Source: Nitrosopumilaceae archaeon
Lineage (GTDB): Archaea > Thermoproteota > Nitrososphaeria > Nitrososphaerales > Nitrosopumilaceae
Assembly (NCBI GenBank): GCA_965214835.1
Contig: CBDCCK010000002.1
Location: forward strand, 768,001-832,000
Length of the DNA: 64,000 nucleotides
Direction: 5' to 3'
The translations under genes were made by a program, and so were the position numbers. The first letter of the stretch is position 1. Each line of letters opens with the position of its first letter. The notes beneath the pieces were generated by a model. The model did no database searches, was not told the origin of the DNA, and saw nothing but the letters and a program-made list of their open reading frames with translations. This document shows, piece by piece, positions 49,142-58,547 of this stretch.

Positions 49142-49243
49142 ACAGGTTATTTGTAACCATATGTGTCTCAAAAACAAAATTCAGATGGTGTCAAGATAAA
49201 CTGCAATGTAAATATACAGATTATTGTAAAAAAGAGGATACGC

Positions 49244-49500
49244 ATGAAATCAAAGGGGGTGCAGCAGTATGTCTGCCCGGACGTGAACAAGGAGTCCATC
49301 CAGGTTGCAGTGATAAACAAGGACGGCAGGGTGCTGAGGAACGCAAGAATCAGCAACAAGGACGGCGAGATAAGAGAGATGTTTGCAAAGATTCCGAAGA
49401 ACGCTAGGTGCATCATGGAGTCTTCCTCCGTGTGGTACGGGCTGTTCAGACTCATTGCCGACGATCTCAAAAGAGACGTGATCCTCTCAAACCCCTTTAA
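49244..49500 (+). mobile_element. Truncated IS110-family transposase (DEDD N-terminal domain)
   Basis: YVCPDVNKESIQVAV...G.V...RI.N, MESSSVWY, VILSNP; similarity ends there. Confidence 0.8.
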
Positions 49501-49654
49501 CAGTAGACGGAAATGTACCCCATCCCCAACCTCCAGCAGGCAGCATAAAAGAATCCACCCAAAGCGTGAGTAAATCTAGATCCAATGATCTATCTGCAAG
49601 GCGCCCCTACCCGTCATAATGCGCAAACAAAAAAACTGGCAAAAACACCGTATC

Positions 49655-50120
49655 TGTGTTATATGGAAATAATGTCCGCTATTCATTGATGTCTCTCTCC
49701 ATCCATCTGGGGTCAGATTTCCTGATCGCGTCCGTGGCCGTCTTGGCCGAGAACGCCATGATGGGCGTCCGGCGGTTGGCTATGTCCAATCCAAAGTGCA
49801 GCCTGCGCTCGTTATAGTACTTGACGTATGCGGCCAAGCTCTCATGGTAGCGGATTTCCCTCCCCATGCTGCCGTGGAGCCATTCCAGCAGCTCGGCCTC
49901 AGGCCATCGGCTTCCACGCCCCCCGGGCATGCTCTTCTTGCTGCGGCCGCCGTTGAAGCACCTGCCGTTGTCAGACAGTATGGATGCAGGCGTGCCAAAT
50001 TTGTCTATGACCTCCCCGAGTGTTGCAACCACGTTCTCGGAGGTGGACTAGGCAAACGTCCGCGCCGCCGCTATACACCGCGGGAGGAATCGTCCAGAAA
50101 CGTGACCAGTTTGAGCCCTC
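49655..50120 (-). mobile_element. IS481/IS3-type integrase-core remnant with terminal end
   Basis: FLDDSSR, G.P..ILSDNG.CF, YYNERRLH; in-frame TAG; end tgtgttatatggaaat. Confidence 0.8.
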
Positions 50121-50260
50121 AGGTGTGGGCCAGGACACCTCCCTGCCTTTCTCCAGATCTCAGGCGAGTCTAGTTTTCCGTACGATATACTCTACCGTCT
50201 GGATCAAACGTGTGGTTTTTTTTAAAAATCCCGCGAATGCAGGATTTTGCAGCCAAGGGA

Positions 50261-51049
50261 TCAGATCGGCGGCTTTCTGTCAACCGGAAGCCCGGGACGG
50301 TTCCCCCACTCCCCCCAGGAGCCCAGGTAAACCCTGACATTTGTGAATCCGATTTTTCTGAGCGCCAGAAACGAGCTGGCGGCACGATATGCCCCGTGGC
50401 AGTAGGTCACAATCTGAGAGTCCCTCTGCATCTTGTACAGCCCGCGCAGTTCTGCGTCCTCCCTGACGGTCCCGTCATCGCTGAGGTTTTCGCGCCAGTC
50501 GATGTTGATGGCCCCCGGGATGTGGCCCGGGTTTGCGGCCCTGATCGTGGTGCCGCTGTACTCGCCCTCGGAGCGGGCATCGATTATGGTGAGGCTGCCA
50601 AGATTGTCCACGATCTCCTCGTATCCGATTATGATGCCGGGGTTGACCTTTCCTGAAAACTCGGATGGGGAAAACCCGTTGGGCCGGGTCTCGGTTGGAA
50701 GGCCTTGGGATCTCCATTTTCTGATGCCCCCGTCCAGCATGGACGCGTCAGGATGTGAAAAATATATCAGCATCCAGACGCCCCTGGCCGCCAGCATTCC
50801 GGATACGTCGTCGTAGAACACCACCTTTTTTGAGGAATCGACTCCGGCAAAGGACAGCAGCTGCCTTGCCTGATCATTGAATGCCTCGATTCCCGCAGGC
50901 GTGGTATCAAGCCAGTGAAAGGCAAACAGATCCAGGTTTACCGCCCCCGGCAGATGTCCCTCGGAATAGTCCCCAAACGACCTGCAGTCGACCAGTACAA
51001 GGCCGGGGTCGCCTAGAATCCCCTCAAGCTCCGAGGCCCGGATGAGCAT
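50261..51049 (-). CDS. Two-domain rhodanese/sulfurtransferase
   Basis: GHLPGA, LDGG, GHIPGA, YCHGAYRA, YLGSWGEW. Confidence 0.92.
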   Translation of the reverse strand: MLIRASELEGILGDPGLVLVDCRSFGDYSEGHLPGAVNLDLFAFHWLDTTPAGIEAFNDQARQLLSFAGVDSSKKVVFYDDVSGMLAARGVWMLIYFSHPDASMLDGGIRKWRSQGLPTETRPNGFSPSEFSGKVNPGIIIGYEEIVDNLGSLTIIDARSEGEYSGTTIRAANPGHIPGAINIDWRENLSDDGTVREDAELRGLYKMQRDSQIVTYCHGAYRAASSFLALRKIGFTNVRVYLGSWGEWGNRPGLPVDRKPPI

Positions 51050-51126
51050 GTCTTTTCTGGGGATCGGGGCCGTATATCACTTGTCTTGAGGATTTCAAAG
51101 ATAAAAAGGAAAAGAAAGGAGGTTTT

Positions 51127-52686
51127 CTATTCGTTGACGTATGCTCTTTCGCCGTGTTGTGCGAGGTCGAGGCCAATCTCCTCTTCTTTGGGAGTGACTC
51201 TTATTCCACCAGGCCAAACAACATCCATTACTTTGAGTATTACAATCGTAATACCAAACGCATAGCCTATTGAGATGGCAGCTGCGACAATACTGAGACC
51301 CTGTGTCTCGTATCCCTCCGGAGTGCCGGTCCACGCACCAATACCGTCTCCGGTATCCCAGATGTGCGGACTAGCCAGTGTGCCAGTCAAGATTGCACCG
51401 GTGAGACCACCCATTCCGTGTACTCCCCACACGTCGAGTGCGTCGTCCCATTTACGGGCGTTCTTGAATGCAACACATCCATAACAGACTGTACCTGCTG
51501 CGATACCCATGATGATAGCGGCCATTGGCCCAACCCAACCAGAAGCTGGCGTGATTGTGACAAGTCCTGCTATCGTACCGGTTGCAGCGCCGACTATACT
51601 TGGCTTACCTGTATGAGCCCAGCTCATCAATACCCAAGTAACTGTAGCCATACCGGTAGCAATGTTGGTTACTACCCAAGCACTGACAGTAATTCCGTCT
51701 ACCATCACTTCACTGCCTGCGTTGAAGCCGAACCAACCGAACCATAAAATGGATGCACCGAGTACAACCATTGGTACGTTGTGTGGCTCCATTGGAACCT
51801 TGCCATAACCGAGTCTTCGGCCAAGCAGTAAGGCTCCTGCCAACGCAGAGAATCCTGAAGAGATGTGAACGACGGTACCGCCAGCAAAGTCAAGCGCACC
51901 AGACGGACTCAGATTTGGATCCAAGTCAAGCTGGCCAATCAGTCCACCACCCCATACCCAGTGGGCAATCGGATCGTAGACAAATGTTCCCCACAGGAGA
52001 ACAAAGATTACCAGTGCGCTGAATTTGATTCTGTCAATTAGTCCACCAACGATTAAGATTGGTGTGATAATTGCGAATGTGCCCTGGAATGCCATGAATA
52101 GTTGGTGTGGAACGGTACCTGGCCAATCTTGACTGCATATTTCATCTTCGTGGAAGACCTGCATCTGGTATGCAGCAGACCATGTATCAGTACAAGGACC
52201 TGCAGCACCAAGAGGTGCATAGTGAGAAACCATGTTGAGGCCGGCATAATCCAAGCCACCCATGTACAGGTTTCCTGCTTCGTCATCGTTTGGACCAAAG
52301 GCCAGTGAGTATCCAAAGACGGCCCATTGGGCTGCCATCAGACCCATGACGACTAGACACATACCAATTGCGTTTACAGCGTTCTTTGATCTGGCTAGGC
52401 CGCCATAGAAGAATGCTACACCGGGACTCATGAAGAGTACCATTGATGTTGCCATGAGCATCCATGCCGTATCTCCCGTATCAATTCTACAGGGAAGCAT
52501 GTTGCCTTCGCCATCATCAAACCAGCACTCGTTTGGGTTTCCTGTGTAAATTCCACTGGTTCCTAAAACATATCCGTCCATTCCATCGCTAACCTGCTGT
52601 GCAAATGCCTGTGACATTGCACCGGTTGCGGTAACGGCTACGGCTGCCACAAGTAATAGAGCATACTTGTGGTTCCTAGAATTCAT
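51127..52686 (-). CDS. amtB: Ammonium transporter (Amt)
   Basis: DTAWML, FQGTFAIIT, DFAGGTVVH, WFGWFGFNAGS, DDALDVWGVHG. Confidence 0.97.
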   Translation of the reverse strand: MNSRNHKYALLLVAAVAVTATGAMSQAFAQQVSDGMDGYVLGTSGIYTGNPNECWFDDGEGNMLPCRIDTGDTAWMLMATSMVLFMSPGVAFFYGGLARSKNAVNAIGMCLVVMGLMAAQWAVFGYSLAFGPNDDEAGNLYMGGLDYAGLNMVSHYAPLGAAGPCTDTWSAAYQMQVFHEDEICSQDWPGTVPHQLFMAFQGTFAIITPILIVGGLIDRIKFSALVIFVLLWGTFVYDPIAHWVWGGGLIGQLDLDPNLSPSGALDFAGGTVVHISSGFSALAGALLLGRRLGYGKVPMEPHNVPMVVLGASILWFGWFGFNAGSEVMVDGITVSAWVVTNIATGMATVTWVLMSWAHTGKPSIVGAATGTIAGLVTITPASGWVGPMAAIIMGIAAGTVCYGCVAFKNARKWDDALDVWGVHGMGGLTGAILTGTLASPHIWDTGDGIGAWTGTPEGYETQGLSIVAAAISIGYAFGITIVILKVMDVVWPGGIRVTPKEEEIGLDLAQHGERAYVNE

Positions 52687-52940
52687 TGATCAATCCAATT
52701 TTTGAAATTATATAAGCATAAAGATTTTAGAATCACAGAAAATGTAAATTGTTATATTTCAGTAAATTAAGATAGTATCATAAATTGAGGAAATTATGCT
52801 ATTCTAGAGGCGCGAAATCATGAGGTATGAGAAGAAAAAGGCAGACGACGCAAACTATGGGGATGGCGGCTATTTCTATGCTAGTGATGATTTCCATGGC
52901 GTAGACGGCAGCTCATCCCGGAACGTCTGCTGAAATACTG

Positions 52941-53612
52941 ATGGGTACCATGGCCAAATCCGATAAGACTGCAAGGCTGTCGATCTTTGATACCTTCAAG
53001 ACAAAAACCAACCAGCTGACAGGGGAGGCCACGAGGCAGAGATCCATTATCTCAATTCTGGCATCAAACAGCAATCCCACAGAGAATACCAGAACCGCGA
53101 TTGCCCAAACCATTGCAGGGAGGAACAGGATTCCCTGGAAGAACATCTATTCGGGAATTTTTAGGGATTTTGATGAGATCCTGATTCCATTGGAGCTGGT
53201 CAGGGAGGAGGGCAGGCTGCCGCTAAAGCGGGGACCTAGGGCACTGCAGGAAAAAGGCGTCCCATACTATGAATTGACGGAAAAGGGCAGGATTGTAGCG
53301 CTGTCATTTGACTCTGGGAGAAGAGACGCCATGCTCGGGCAGTTTCTCAGTAACAACAAAGACGATGCCCAGATCAGGGCCCTAGCAGAGCTGAGTAGAT
53401 TCTCACCAAGGTTTGTCTTTTCAATATTTGAGAACTATGTGAGGGGGTACTGCAACTCGACGATCAAAAGCCTGACCCCGTTTTCCTCAGACAAGATCAG
53501 GCAGACTCAGAGGGATGTCCTAGTAGTATACAAGGAACTGCTAGAGGGGGTCTCAAAGATGGACAAGGCCAACGGACGAGCATTCTCGGACTTTCTAGAC
53601 TCTGCAACCTAG
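52941..53612 (+). CDS. Hypothetical winged-helix-like protein
   Basis: TRTAIAQ helix and PYYELTEKG wing motif. Confidence 0.7.
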   Translation: MGTMAKSDKTARLSIFDTFKTKTNQLTGEATRQRSIISILASNSNPTENTRTAIAQTIAGRNRIPWKNIYSGIFRDFDEILIPLELVREEGRLPLKRGPRALQEKGVPYYELTEKGRIVALSFDSGRRDAMLGQFLSNNKDDAQIRALAELSRFSPRFVFSIFENYVRGYCNSTIKSLTPFSSDKIRQTQRDVLVVYKELLEGVSKMDKANGRAFSDFLDSAT

Positions 53613-53694
53613 GGCGGACGCAGCAGATCTGGGTCATTGCAGCATGACGCGGGTTTTGCTGCACGGGGGACTTGCATGACTGAAGGTTGGACAG

Positions 53695-53725
53695 TAGTGC
53701 ACGCATCAAAAATTGCAACATAATT
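53695..53725 (+). repeat. 31-bp direct repeat, copy 1
   Basis: tagtgcacgcatcaaaaattgcaacataatt; one mismatch to 54707-54737. Confidence 0.85.
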
Positions 53726-53814
53726 TTGACATATCATAAACAGACAAAATTCATAGCATCAGGATGGTCAGGCCAGCCATTTTGTGACTGGCAACGATTC
53801 CATGCACAGGATGC

Positions 53815-54174
53815 TCACTTGCTGCTCAAAATTTTGAGTAGAATTTCAATGATGTTTGCAAATGTCTTTTTGTCAATAACCCCGATGGTGGTTTTAATGA
53901 GATTTTTATCTACACTGAATATTCTGTCTGCCTTGACCTTACTATCAACAATCAAAGTCCCCTTTTCAAGATTCTCATTTGAAATCAAAAGAGCATGATC
54001 ACTGGTTTTCAAATTTGAGGTTAGTGGAACGGCAATCAAATCTCCTGATTTTTTATTATACTTGTTATTTGACATGATAATTGCGGGTCTGACCTTGGAA
54101 TCTTTTTGATTTGAAAACGGAAATGGCAACAAGACAATACTTCTTTGTATGGTCATTTTAGATATTGACTCCAT
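53815..54174 (-). CDS. PemK/MazF-family toxin
   Basis: IVLLPFPFS...KVRPAII, AVPLTS; AT-rich. Confidence 0.9.
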   Translation of the reverse strand: MESISKMTIQRSIVLLPFPFSNQKDSKVRPAIIMSNNKYNKKSGDLIAVPLTSNLKTSDHALLISNENLEKGTLIVDSKVKADRIFSVDKNLIKTTIGVIDKKTFANIIEILLKILSSK

Positions 54175-54419
54175 ATTTCATCTGACTCGTTATTCCATAG
54201 TTTCTCTAAGGAGTTTTCAGAATATCTGACAATGTCCTCAAAGTCATCTTCAACAATTTTTTCAATATTTGCAGATTTTTGAATCAAAAGTTTCTTGTTT
54301 TTGGTAACAAGTGCAAGTTTATCGCCTTTCTTGATTTCCAATAAAAGTTGAATTTCACGAGGTATGGTAATTTGTCCTTTATCAGATACGCTGATTATTT
54401 TCAGGATTGCGTCATTCAC
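54153..54419 (-). CDS. AbrB/MazE-family antitoxin
   Basis: VSDKGQITIPREI...IKKGDKL; overlaps toxin start. Confidence 0.88.
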   Translation of the reverse strand: MNDAILKIISVSDKGQITIPREIQLLLEIKKGDKLALVTKNKKLLIQKSANIEKIVEDDFEDIVRYSENSLEKLWNNESDEIWSQYLK

Positions 54420-54424
54420 AACAC

Positions 54425-54444
54425 AAGTAAGAAATTTCTTACTT
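54425..54444. promoter_or_regulatory. Perfect 20-bp palindrome, putative TA operator
   Basis: aagtaagaaatttcttactt, 5 bp upstream of the antitoxin GTG. Confidence 0.7.
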
Positions 54445-54490
54445 AAATAATATGTGGAAATTATTATTGTATGTTGTGCGAAAATTAGGC

Positions 54491-54582
54491 GCAAGAGTTT
54501 ACCCCACTAGGCTACACTGCTGGCCAGAGCTCCCATGATCACGCCTGCTACGCCGTATCTCGGGGGAGAGGTAAGCTCTTAC
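54491..54582 (-). mobile_element. ~90-bp MITE-like element (family 2), copy B, with 9-bp TSD
   Basis: TIRs aagagtttacc / ggtaagctctt; aaattaggc at both 54482-54490 and 54583-54591. Confidence 0.85.
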
Positions 54583-54706
54583 AAATTAGGCCGCATTAAT
54601 TTGAGAGGGGTTGCAAGGGATTGCTTTAGGCTTTACCGATCAAGAAAACCGATGGTTGCAAGGCTCAAGGCAAAGCAGATCAGATACGCAGTGATGCAGT
54701 GTGCCA

Positions 54707-54737
54707 TAGTGCACACATCAAAAATTGCAACATAATT
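54707..54737 (+). repeat. 31-bp direct repeat, copy 2
   Basis: tagtgcacacatcaaaaattgcaacataatt. Confidence 0.85.
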
Positions 54738-54846
54738 GTACGAGGTCACCTGCCCCACCAGTCAGGCACGAATTAGCATGAATGATTGTGATCTTTGTAC
54801 CCAGTTAGCAAAGGGATGTGACCACATATTTCAACTGTGCTCACTA

Positions 54847-55319
54847 CGGCGCGGACGTTTGCCTAGTCCACCTCCGAGAACGTGGTTGCAACACTCGGGG
54901 AGGTCATAGACAAATTTGGCACACCGGCTACCATACTGTCTGACAACTGCAGGTGCTTCAACGGCGGCCGCGGCAAGAAGGGAATCCCCAAGGGGACGTG
55001 GAGGCCGACGGCCTTTGATGCCGGGCTGCTGGATGGGGGCATCGGGCTGATAAACTCCATGCCCCACCACCCAGAGACCAACGGCAAGCTGGAGCGGCTT
55101 CATGGTACCATCTAGAAGGAAATCCACCATCATGAGAGCCTGTCTGCGTACGTGGAGTACTATAACGAGCGCAGCTGCACTTCGCTGGATATCGACGGAT
55201 GTGAGACGCCGCTGCATGCCTTCTCGGCAAGAGCGGCCACAGAAGCGAGCAGGAAAAACGACCCAAAATGGATGGAGGGGGACATCAATGACTAACGAAC
55301 CTAATTTTCACACAACACA
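54847..55319 (+). mobile_element. IS481/IS3-type integrase-core remnant, inverted relative to 49655-50120
   Basis: ILSDN.RCF, HPETNGKLERLHGTI, YYNER; internal stops; end attttcacacaacaca. Confidence 0.82.
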
Positions 55320-55372
55320 GAGGACTGGGGCTCGACAAACATTAAAATCCGTTACCGCCCGAGGCTGAGCAA

Positions 55373-56407
55373 ATGGGCAAAAATGTCTATGCCTCCGTAA
55401 AGTCATACAGCCAGCGCGGAAAGCTGCTTGCCAGAGGCGATCTTCAGACCCTGGCAGAGTCCAGGGATCTGGAGGAGCTGATCACCAGAATCAAGAATAC
55501 CGTTTACTCAGACGCGGTAGCAAAGCTGGCAAAACCATACTCCTCGCAGCAGGTTGAAAATGCCCTGAGAAGCCACCTGGCAGACATCCAGTACGCCATT
55601 GCCAGGACGGCAGGAGACTCTGCAATCCTTGATGCATACTATCTCAGGCACATCACCTCAAACCTCAAGCTAATTCTAAAGGGCAAGGTTCTTGGAAAGA
55701 CCCAGGAGGAGATTGAGTCCCATCTTAACCTTCACGCAGAGGAGTTGATCAAGCAGAGGGACGTCATCATCAAGGCACTCGTTTCAAAGGATCTCGAGGA
55801 GACGGTTGCCAGCTTGAACTCGGTCTCCATGGGGGAGGACATAGCAAAGGCGGTGGCGCTGTACAACGAAAGAGGCAACATGCAGATATTTGACACGTAT
55901 TTTGACAAGATCCTGTACGGGCATCTGGGCCGTGCTATACGGGGCAGCAAGGACAGGGACGTCATCAGGCTGGTCGGAATGGACATTGATTTTTACAATG
56001 TTCTTAGCACCATCAGGGGAAGGTTCTGGGGGCTAGACGAGCAGCAGATTCAGGACTTGATTGTTGCAACCACCCCGACGGCGCCAAGGGAGCTGCTTTC
56101 CAGGATGGCCGGGGCAGCGTCGGTCAGGGATGCATTCAACGAGCTTGCATCCACCCGCTACAAGGAGATCATCCCGCAGACAGAAAACGAGCTGGATGCA
56201 CTGGCAGAGTTTGAGAGGGCCTTTGAGATGAGGATCTACGGGGCCGCAAACAGGTCGTTTTCAAAGATGTTCAGCTTTGCAACAATCGTCGCGATCACAA
56301 AACTCAATGCCTACGAGGTCAGGAATCTGGCAGCAATCGCGTTTGCAGTAGAACAGGGAATTCCAACGGAGACTACCATGTCAAAGCTGATCGTCAGGGA
56401 AGAATAG
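55373..56407 (+). CDS. atpC: A-type ATP synthase subunit C
   Basis: YASVK...GKLL, DFYNV...RG, EVRNL..IA. Confidence 0.9.
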   Translation: MGKNVYASVKSYSQRGKLLARGDLQTLAESRDLEELITRIKNTVYSDAVAKLAKPYSSQQVENALRSHLADIQYAIARTAGDSAILDAYYLRHITSNLKLILKGKVLGKTQEEIESHLNLHAEELIKQRDVIIKALVSKDLEETVASLNSVSMGEDIAKAVALYNERGNMQIFDTYFDKILYGHLGRAIRGSKDRDVIRLVGMDIDFYNVLSTIRGRFWGLDEQQIQDLIVATTPTAPRELLSRMAGAASVRDAFNELASTRYKEIIPQTENELDALAEFERAFEMRIYGAANRSFSKMFSFATIVAITKLNAYEVRNLAAIAFAVEQGIPTETTMSKLIVREE

Positions 56408-56653
56408 ATGGGATCCATGATAAGACTCCCAGGCAAGAAAAACGACATCCCTGCAGAGGCCATGATTAACACCATATGGGTCAGTACCTTTATGGGCATG
56501 ATTTTTGCACTGCCGCCGCTGGGAATCTTCTTGGGGATTTATTTCGGAGCCGGAAATCTGGCCGCGGGGGCAATCTTGGGATTTGGCGCTCATTTTGTCA
56601 CTCTGGCTTTTGCGGGAAGAATTTCAAAGTTCCTGACCCGGGCAACAAGCTAA
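56408..56653 (+). CDS. Small two-TM membrane protein
   Basis: Starts directly after atpC stop; two hydrophobic helices. Confidence 0.75.
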   Translation: MGSMIRLPGKKNDIPAEAMINTIWVSTFMGMIFALPPLGIFLGIYFGAGNLAAGAILGFGAHFVTLAFAGRISKFLTRATS

Positions 56654-56686
56654 CCTATAAGGAACCGGCAAGCAGATGGATCTACC

Positions 56687-57337
56687 ATGATGGGAGACAG
56701 GGACTTTAGGACGGTCATTACCGCAGCAGTAGACTCGATAGGAAGGGAGCTGGACGTCAAGATCGACGACGACGACGTCAAGACCATACACCTGCACGAG
56801 GTGGTCAGATGCCTGAGACGCTCTTACTATGACAGGACAGAGCCCAAGGACGTCAAACGCAGTGGATTCAACGAGCTGTTAAGCGGGCTGTTGCAAAAAT
56901 ATGGATACGGCAGCGAGCCGAAGGATTTCGAGGTCGACGGCATAAGGCTCAGGGGGAGGGCGGACATGATTGTCGATGATGCGATCGTACTTTTCAGGTC
57001 TGCTGAGGCCCTGCCGAGGGATCCAAAGGCGGGGGACGTGCTGTTCCTAAACGCGTGCCTGTGGATTTACAACAAGTTTGATGGGGTCATAGTCTACATA
57101 TCAGGAGACAGGCAGGAGGCCTCGTTCTCAGTTACGCGGAACAAAAAGGTGTTTGAGGAGACGATAAGGCGTGTCAGGGTGCTAAACGACCTCCTTGAGC
57201 AAAAAAAGCTGCCGATCCTGGAGCCGGCAACCGAATGCGAGGCATGTCAGTACTACGAGAGGTGCTTTATGAAGGAAAAGGTCGGAAGGTCGTTCAACCT
57301 CAAGGAGATGATCGGCATGGACTCTAAGGAAGAATAG
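56687..57337 (+). CDS. Solo Cas4-like protein, catalytic motif degenerate
   Basis: CLRRSYY, GRAD, CEACQYYERC; VLFRS where ExK is expected. Confidence 0.7.
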   Translation: MMGDRDFRTVITAAVDSIGRELDVKIDDDDVKTIHLHEVVRCLRRSYYDRTEPKDVKRSGFNELLSGLLQKYGYGSEPKDFEVDGIRLRGRADMIVDDAIVLFRSAEALPRDPKAGDVLFLNACLWIYNKFDGVIVYISGDRQEASFSVTRNKKVFEETIRRVRVLNDLLEQKKLPILEPATECEACQYYERCFMKEKVGRSFNLKEMIGMDSKEE

Positions 57338-57364
57338 AAAAAGATTGTGAAGGATGAGATCTCC

Positions 57365-57475
57365 TTAATCTAATGGTTCTGGGTGTCCCTTGCCCCGCAG
57401 TGCAAAGCAGACTACTGCCAGTGCAATTGATACGCCGATTGCTGAGCCAAATGCGGCCATTGATGCTTCTGCCAT
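57365..57475 (-). CDS. 36-aa single-TM microprotein (not in ORF track)
   Basis: MAEASMAAFGSAIGVSIALAVVCFALRGKGHPEPLD; ttatatat TATA box ~30 bp upstream. Confidence 0.55.
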   Translation of the reverse strand: MAEASMAAFGSAIGVSIALAVVCFALRGKGHPEPLD

Positions 57476-57572
57476 TCTGAAGTTGAGGAACATCCAGATC
57501 ATATATAATTTTGTTAAATTTTTTCCTCTGAAAACAAATAATCATGATTTTCATATTCTGTGATACAACTGG

Positions 57573-58145
57573 CTATGGTTTTAGCTCAAAGGTAAAATTT
57601 TGCTCTGCGCCGGCAGTCATTGAGCTCAGGTTAAAGAATCCCTCCCCCGTCACCCTCCAGTCGATGTCATCTCCGGACAGGGTCTCCCAGAGCCCAGGTA
57701 CGTTTCCCGTATTTCGGATCACTATGGTCTCAGACAGTATCGTATGCGAGCCTGAAAGGACGGTATAAAAGTTGGATCCCTCCACAAACCCCTCAAACCT
57801 GTCACCGATTTGTCCTGCATGAATCCTCAGATCATCCTCATAGACCTGGTACTTTACCAGCTGCAGGATTACGGAACGCTGGTTGGGATTTGACACCTTG
57901 AACTTGATGTCTATGTATGCTGCCCGATCATCAATCTCGGCCACCTCCAGCTTTTCCAGGGTGGTGACCAGCGGGAGAATCGGCATGGGGGGGTTTTCCG
58001 GGGATGCAAGCAGGCCGCGATCAGACGTATCATCGATGATCCCCTGGCCCGAGAACGCAATGGCGCCGATGACGACGGCCACCGCGACCACTGCGGCTCC
58101 AACGAAGATCCTCGGATTCAATGATGGGGATTGGGGGCCCGTCAT
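57573..58145 (-). CDS. Membrane-anchored LEA_2/WHy-like protein
   Basis: N-terminal TM; FKVSNPN...Y.VY pattern. Confidence 0.7.
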   Translation of the reverse strand: MTGPQSPSLNPRIFVGAAVVAVAVVIGAIAFSGQGIIDDTSDRGLLASPENPPMPILPLVTTLEKLEVAEIDDRAAYIDIKFKVSNPNQRSVILQLVKYQVYEDDLRIHAGQIGDRFEGFVEGSNFYTVLSGSHTILSETIVIRNTGNVPGLWETLSGDDIDWRVTGEGFFNLSSMTAGAEQNFTFELKP

Positions 58146-58277
58146 CTTAAGTGTTTAAGATAGTTAATTATAGTGACAAGCCGGAGATGGCTCGTGCAGT
58201 ATTTCCAGGCGGTGCAGGCAGGCAAAAGGCGGGCGGGGCAGTCGCAGGCAAGGCTGTTCAAGGTTGCCGGATTTGCG

Positions 58278-58547
58278 ATGCTTACTCTGACTACAAAGAA
58301 GGTAGACGGAAAGTTCATGCCCGTCGGGGAGGAGGATCTTGCGGCAATCATACGGAGCCGGGACGGGTTCATCACGCTGGTTGTTGATGAGGACGGCTTT
58401 ACAAAGGCGCAGACAAAGCCCCTGGAGAGGAACGAGTCACTGGAGATCTACAGGAGGCTGCGCCAGTCAGGAATGAAGGAGTATCCCGGAGAGAAAATCG
58501 AGATCTGGACCGAGAGCTATCCGGCCATTCAGAATACTATAGGGTGA
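58278..58547 (+). CDS. Hypothetical protein
   Basis: Protein-like ORF from MLTLTTKK. Confidence 0.6.
   Translation: MLTLTTKKVDGKFMPVGEEDLAAIIRSRDGFITLVVDEDGFTKAQTKPLERNESLEIYRRLRQSGMKEYPGEKIEIWTESYPAIQNTIG

Noticed and set aside
51127-52686. amt as horizontally acquired because of lower GC
   Set aside because: Protein looks typically thaumarchaeal; codon bias of a highly expressed gene is a simpler explanation
53695-53725. 31-bp repeat as a dif/Xer site
   Set aside because: Only one arm (ttatgttgcaa on the minus strand) resembles XerD sites; no 11-6-11 dyad
6412-54582. Family-2 repeats as integron attC sites
   Set aside because: No RYYYAAC/GTTRRRY cores, no integrase, mixed orientations, and one copy has a 9-bp TSD typical of transposition
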